DNA of 64,000 bases from an uncultured delta proteobacterium. Lineage in GTDB: Bacteria > Myxococcota_A > UBA9160 > UBA4427. Of this stretch, positions 63,530 through 64,000 are shown piece by piece. Under the pieces are notes generated by a model. It was given only the letters and a program-made list of their open reading frames with translations, did not search any database and was not told the DNA's origin. Each line of letters starts with the position of its first letter. Position 1 is the stretch's first letter. The stretch covers positions 96,001 through 160,000 of the forward strand of contig CAWGJT010000009.1 in assembly GCA_963822965.1 (NCBI GenBank), in the 5' to 3' direction. A program made the translations under genes and the position numbers.

Positions 63530-64000
63530 GGCGATCGAGCTCGGCGTCGAGCCGCGCGATGTTCTGCGCGGCCGTGTAGGTGGGCAAGCGGCGGATGTCG
63601 TCGTAGCGCTCGCGGTCCTCGTTGCGATAGAAGACGCCGAGGCGGATGCGGTCGGGGCTCTCCGCCAGCACGCGGGCGCGGTCGAGATCGCTCGGGTCGT
63701 GCTCGAGGCGCCGCTTGTAGATCTTCTCGAGGGCCGGCACGCTGACGCCGTCCGCGTGGACCAGCAGCTCGTGCAGGTCCGGCGTGCGCGCCTGCTGCGC
63801 AAAGAGCGGCAACGTGAACTTCGGACAGCGCTGCAGGATGCGCACGAAGGCGAAGCCCCGGTGGCGGTGCGCGGCCTGCAGGGTCTCGAAGAGGTGCGCC
63901 GGCACCCAGTCCGCGGTCTGCGCGACGAAGGACACGTTCGTGACGCCGAGCGCGGTCGAGATCGGGTTCAGCGCCGGCAGCCAGGAGCCGCGCGGTTGCG
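63519..64000 (-). CDS. 2-oxoacid:ferredoxin oxidoreductase beta subunit (KorB-like), 3' part only
   Basis: PRGSWLPALNPISTALG..SFVAQT, HRGFAFVRILQRCP, IRLGVFYR. Confidence 0.75.
   Translation of the reverse strand, partial: QPRGSWLPALNPISTALGVTNVSFVAQTADWVPAHLFETLQAAHRHRGFAFVRILQRCPKFTLPLFAQQARTPDLHELLVHADGVSVPALEKIYKRRLEHDPSDLDRARVLAESPDRIRLGVFYRNEDRERYDDIRRLPTYTAAQNIARLDAELDRHAL

Overview
GC-rich bacterial chromosomal window (by eye roughly 70% GC). Gene content and style suggest an uncultured Myxococcota/delta-type organism, but this is inference only. 1-45.2 kb is mostly core genome: a DUF2142-like membrane glycosyltransferase, glmS, glmU, hflX, a FabH-like enzyme, a phasin, an acyl-CoA dehydrogenase, a Ddn-like F420 enzyme, murQ, mutS2, a GH36-HAD fusion, GH20, an MFS transporter, folC, NRDE, a patatin, VWA and M28-like surface proteins, a ComM-like ATPase, rmlA/rmlC, an ApbE-like protein, a PafA-like phosphatase, a Fur-family regulator, and an astC-astA-astD cluster in which an ArgZ/DDAH-like hydrolase stands where astB would be. 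Frameshifts cluster at 0.8-9.1 kb and 44.0-45.1 kb and hit essential genes, so they are probably sequencing indels. 45.3-47.9 kb is a decayed mobile patch (icd fragment, IS91-like and integrase-core remnants) carrying a secreted two-CxxCH beta-helix protein. 48-51.7 kb holds a P450, DUF169, PatB and a two-gene deletion scar. 51.8-64 kb is the most interesting part: one tightly coupled minus-strand operon running korB-like, degenerate PFOR-beta paralog, rnfB, a 1744-aa PFOR-like protein, rnfCDGEA and an unannotated 53-aa Cys-rich membrane peptide. The giant protein keeps all its Fe-S motifs but has substituted catalytic, substrate and CoA-site motifs, and carries a tethered ferredoxin. All family calls come from motif recognition by eye; no database searches were run.
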